Source: Dimorphilus gyrociliatus
Taxonomy: Eukaryota; Animalia; Annelida
Length of the DNA: 61,297 nucleotides
Direction: 5' to 3'
Assembly: GCA_904063045.1 (NCBI GenBank)
Contig: CAJFCJ010000098.1
Location: forward strand, 18,959 to 80,255
Translations under genes and position numbers: made by a program
Part shown: one piece after another, positions 61,140 to 61,297 of the stretch
Numbering within the stretch: the stretch's first letter is position 1
How the letters are laid out: every line of letters begins with the position of its first letter
Notes under the pieces: model-generated
Seen by the model: the letters and a program-made list of their open reading frames with translations, nothing else
Database searches by the model: none
Told to the model about the DNA's origin: nothing

Positions 61140-61220
61140 ATGAGGAGTGAAGTAGCTATTGATTTGTAGTTAGGGAGATTCCATCTAACAGGCAATCAAA
61201 AAAGTTAGGCAGTGACATGA
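61140..61220 (-). mobile_element. Degenerate internal fragment of the 207 bp MITE
   Basis: gagtgaagtagctattgatttgtagttaggg is the reverse complement of the MITE segment at ~45750-45790. Confidence 0.55.
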
Positions 61221-61297
61221 TGTTTTCAATAAATAAATGTATTCTAAACCTAGAATTAAAAGTATTAAACATTTATTGCTTTAACAGTTAAAGAGTT

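Noticed and set aside
1-61297. Whole window as bacterial sequence because of the GT
   Set aside because: Spliceosomal introns, MULE/Tc1/Gypsy elements and metazoan-type domains surround a single bacterial-type ORF.

Overview
This window is AT-rich eukaryotic DNA, very likely from a compact invertebrate genome: it has ~50-60 nt GT-AG introns and TTAGGG-type motifs. The species cannot be established from sequence alone. It has three parts. (1) 1-18.5 kb is a tandem plus fold-back amplification of a ~6.7 kb unit. The unit carries an intronless, bacterial-type GT4 glycosyltransferase (two full-length copies and one 3' half) among MULE, Tc1 and NLR-type LRR fragments. (2) 19.4-34.8 kb is a 7,102 bp direct duplication bounded by copies of one Mutator/MULE family. 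Each unit holds a Tc1 end, 207 bp MITEs, an LRR exon and an F-type lectin paralog. (3) 34.8-61.3 kb is an innate-immunity-like cluster: a C1q remnant, F-type lectin/discoidin and FAMeT-domain genes, a Gypsy gag-protease relic, a Cys-rich Ly6/uPAR GPI-type gene interrupted by two MULE-family insertions with 9 bp TSDs, and an uninterrupted 2,446 aa NACHT-LRR ORF with 23 x 57 aa LRR double repeats. The best candidate for a new system is the apparently horizontally acquired GT4, which retains a Shine-Dalgarno/GTG-like relic and is amplified inside a lectin/NLR locus. The second is a set of MULE ends that supply in-frame start codons to the genes they interrupt. Two N-gaps and copy-specific homopolymer indels mean the copy numbers and many frameshifts may be assembly artefacts. 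No tRNA, rRNA or CRISPR array was recognised.
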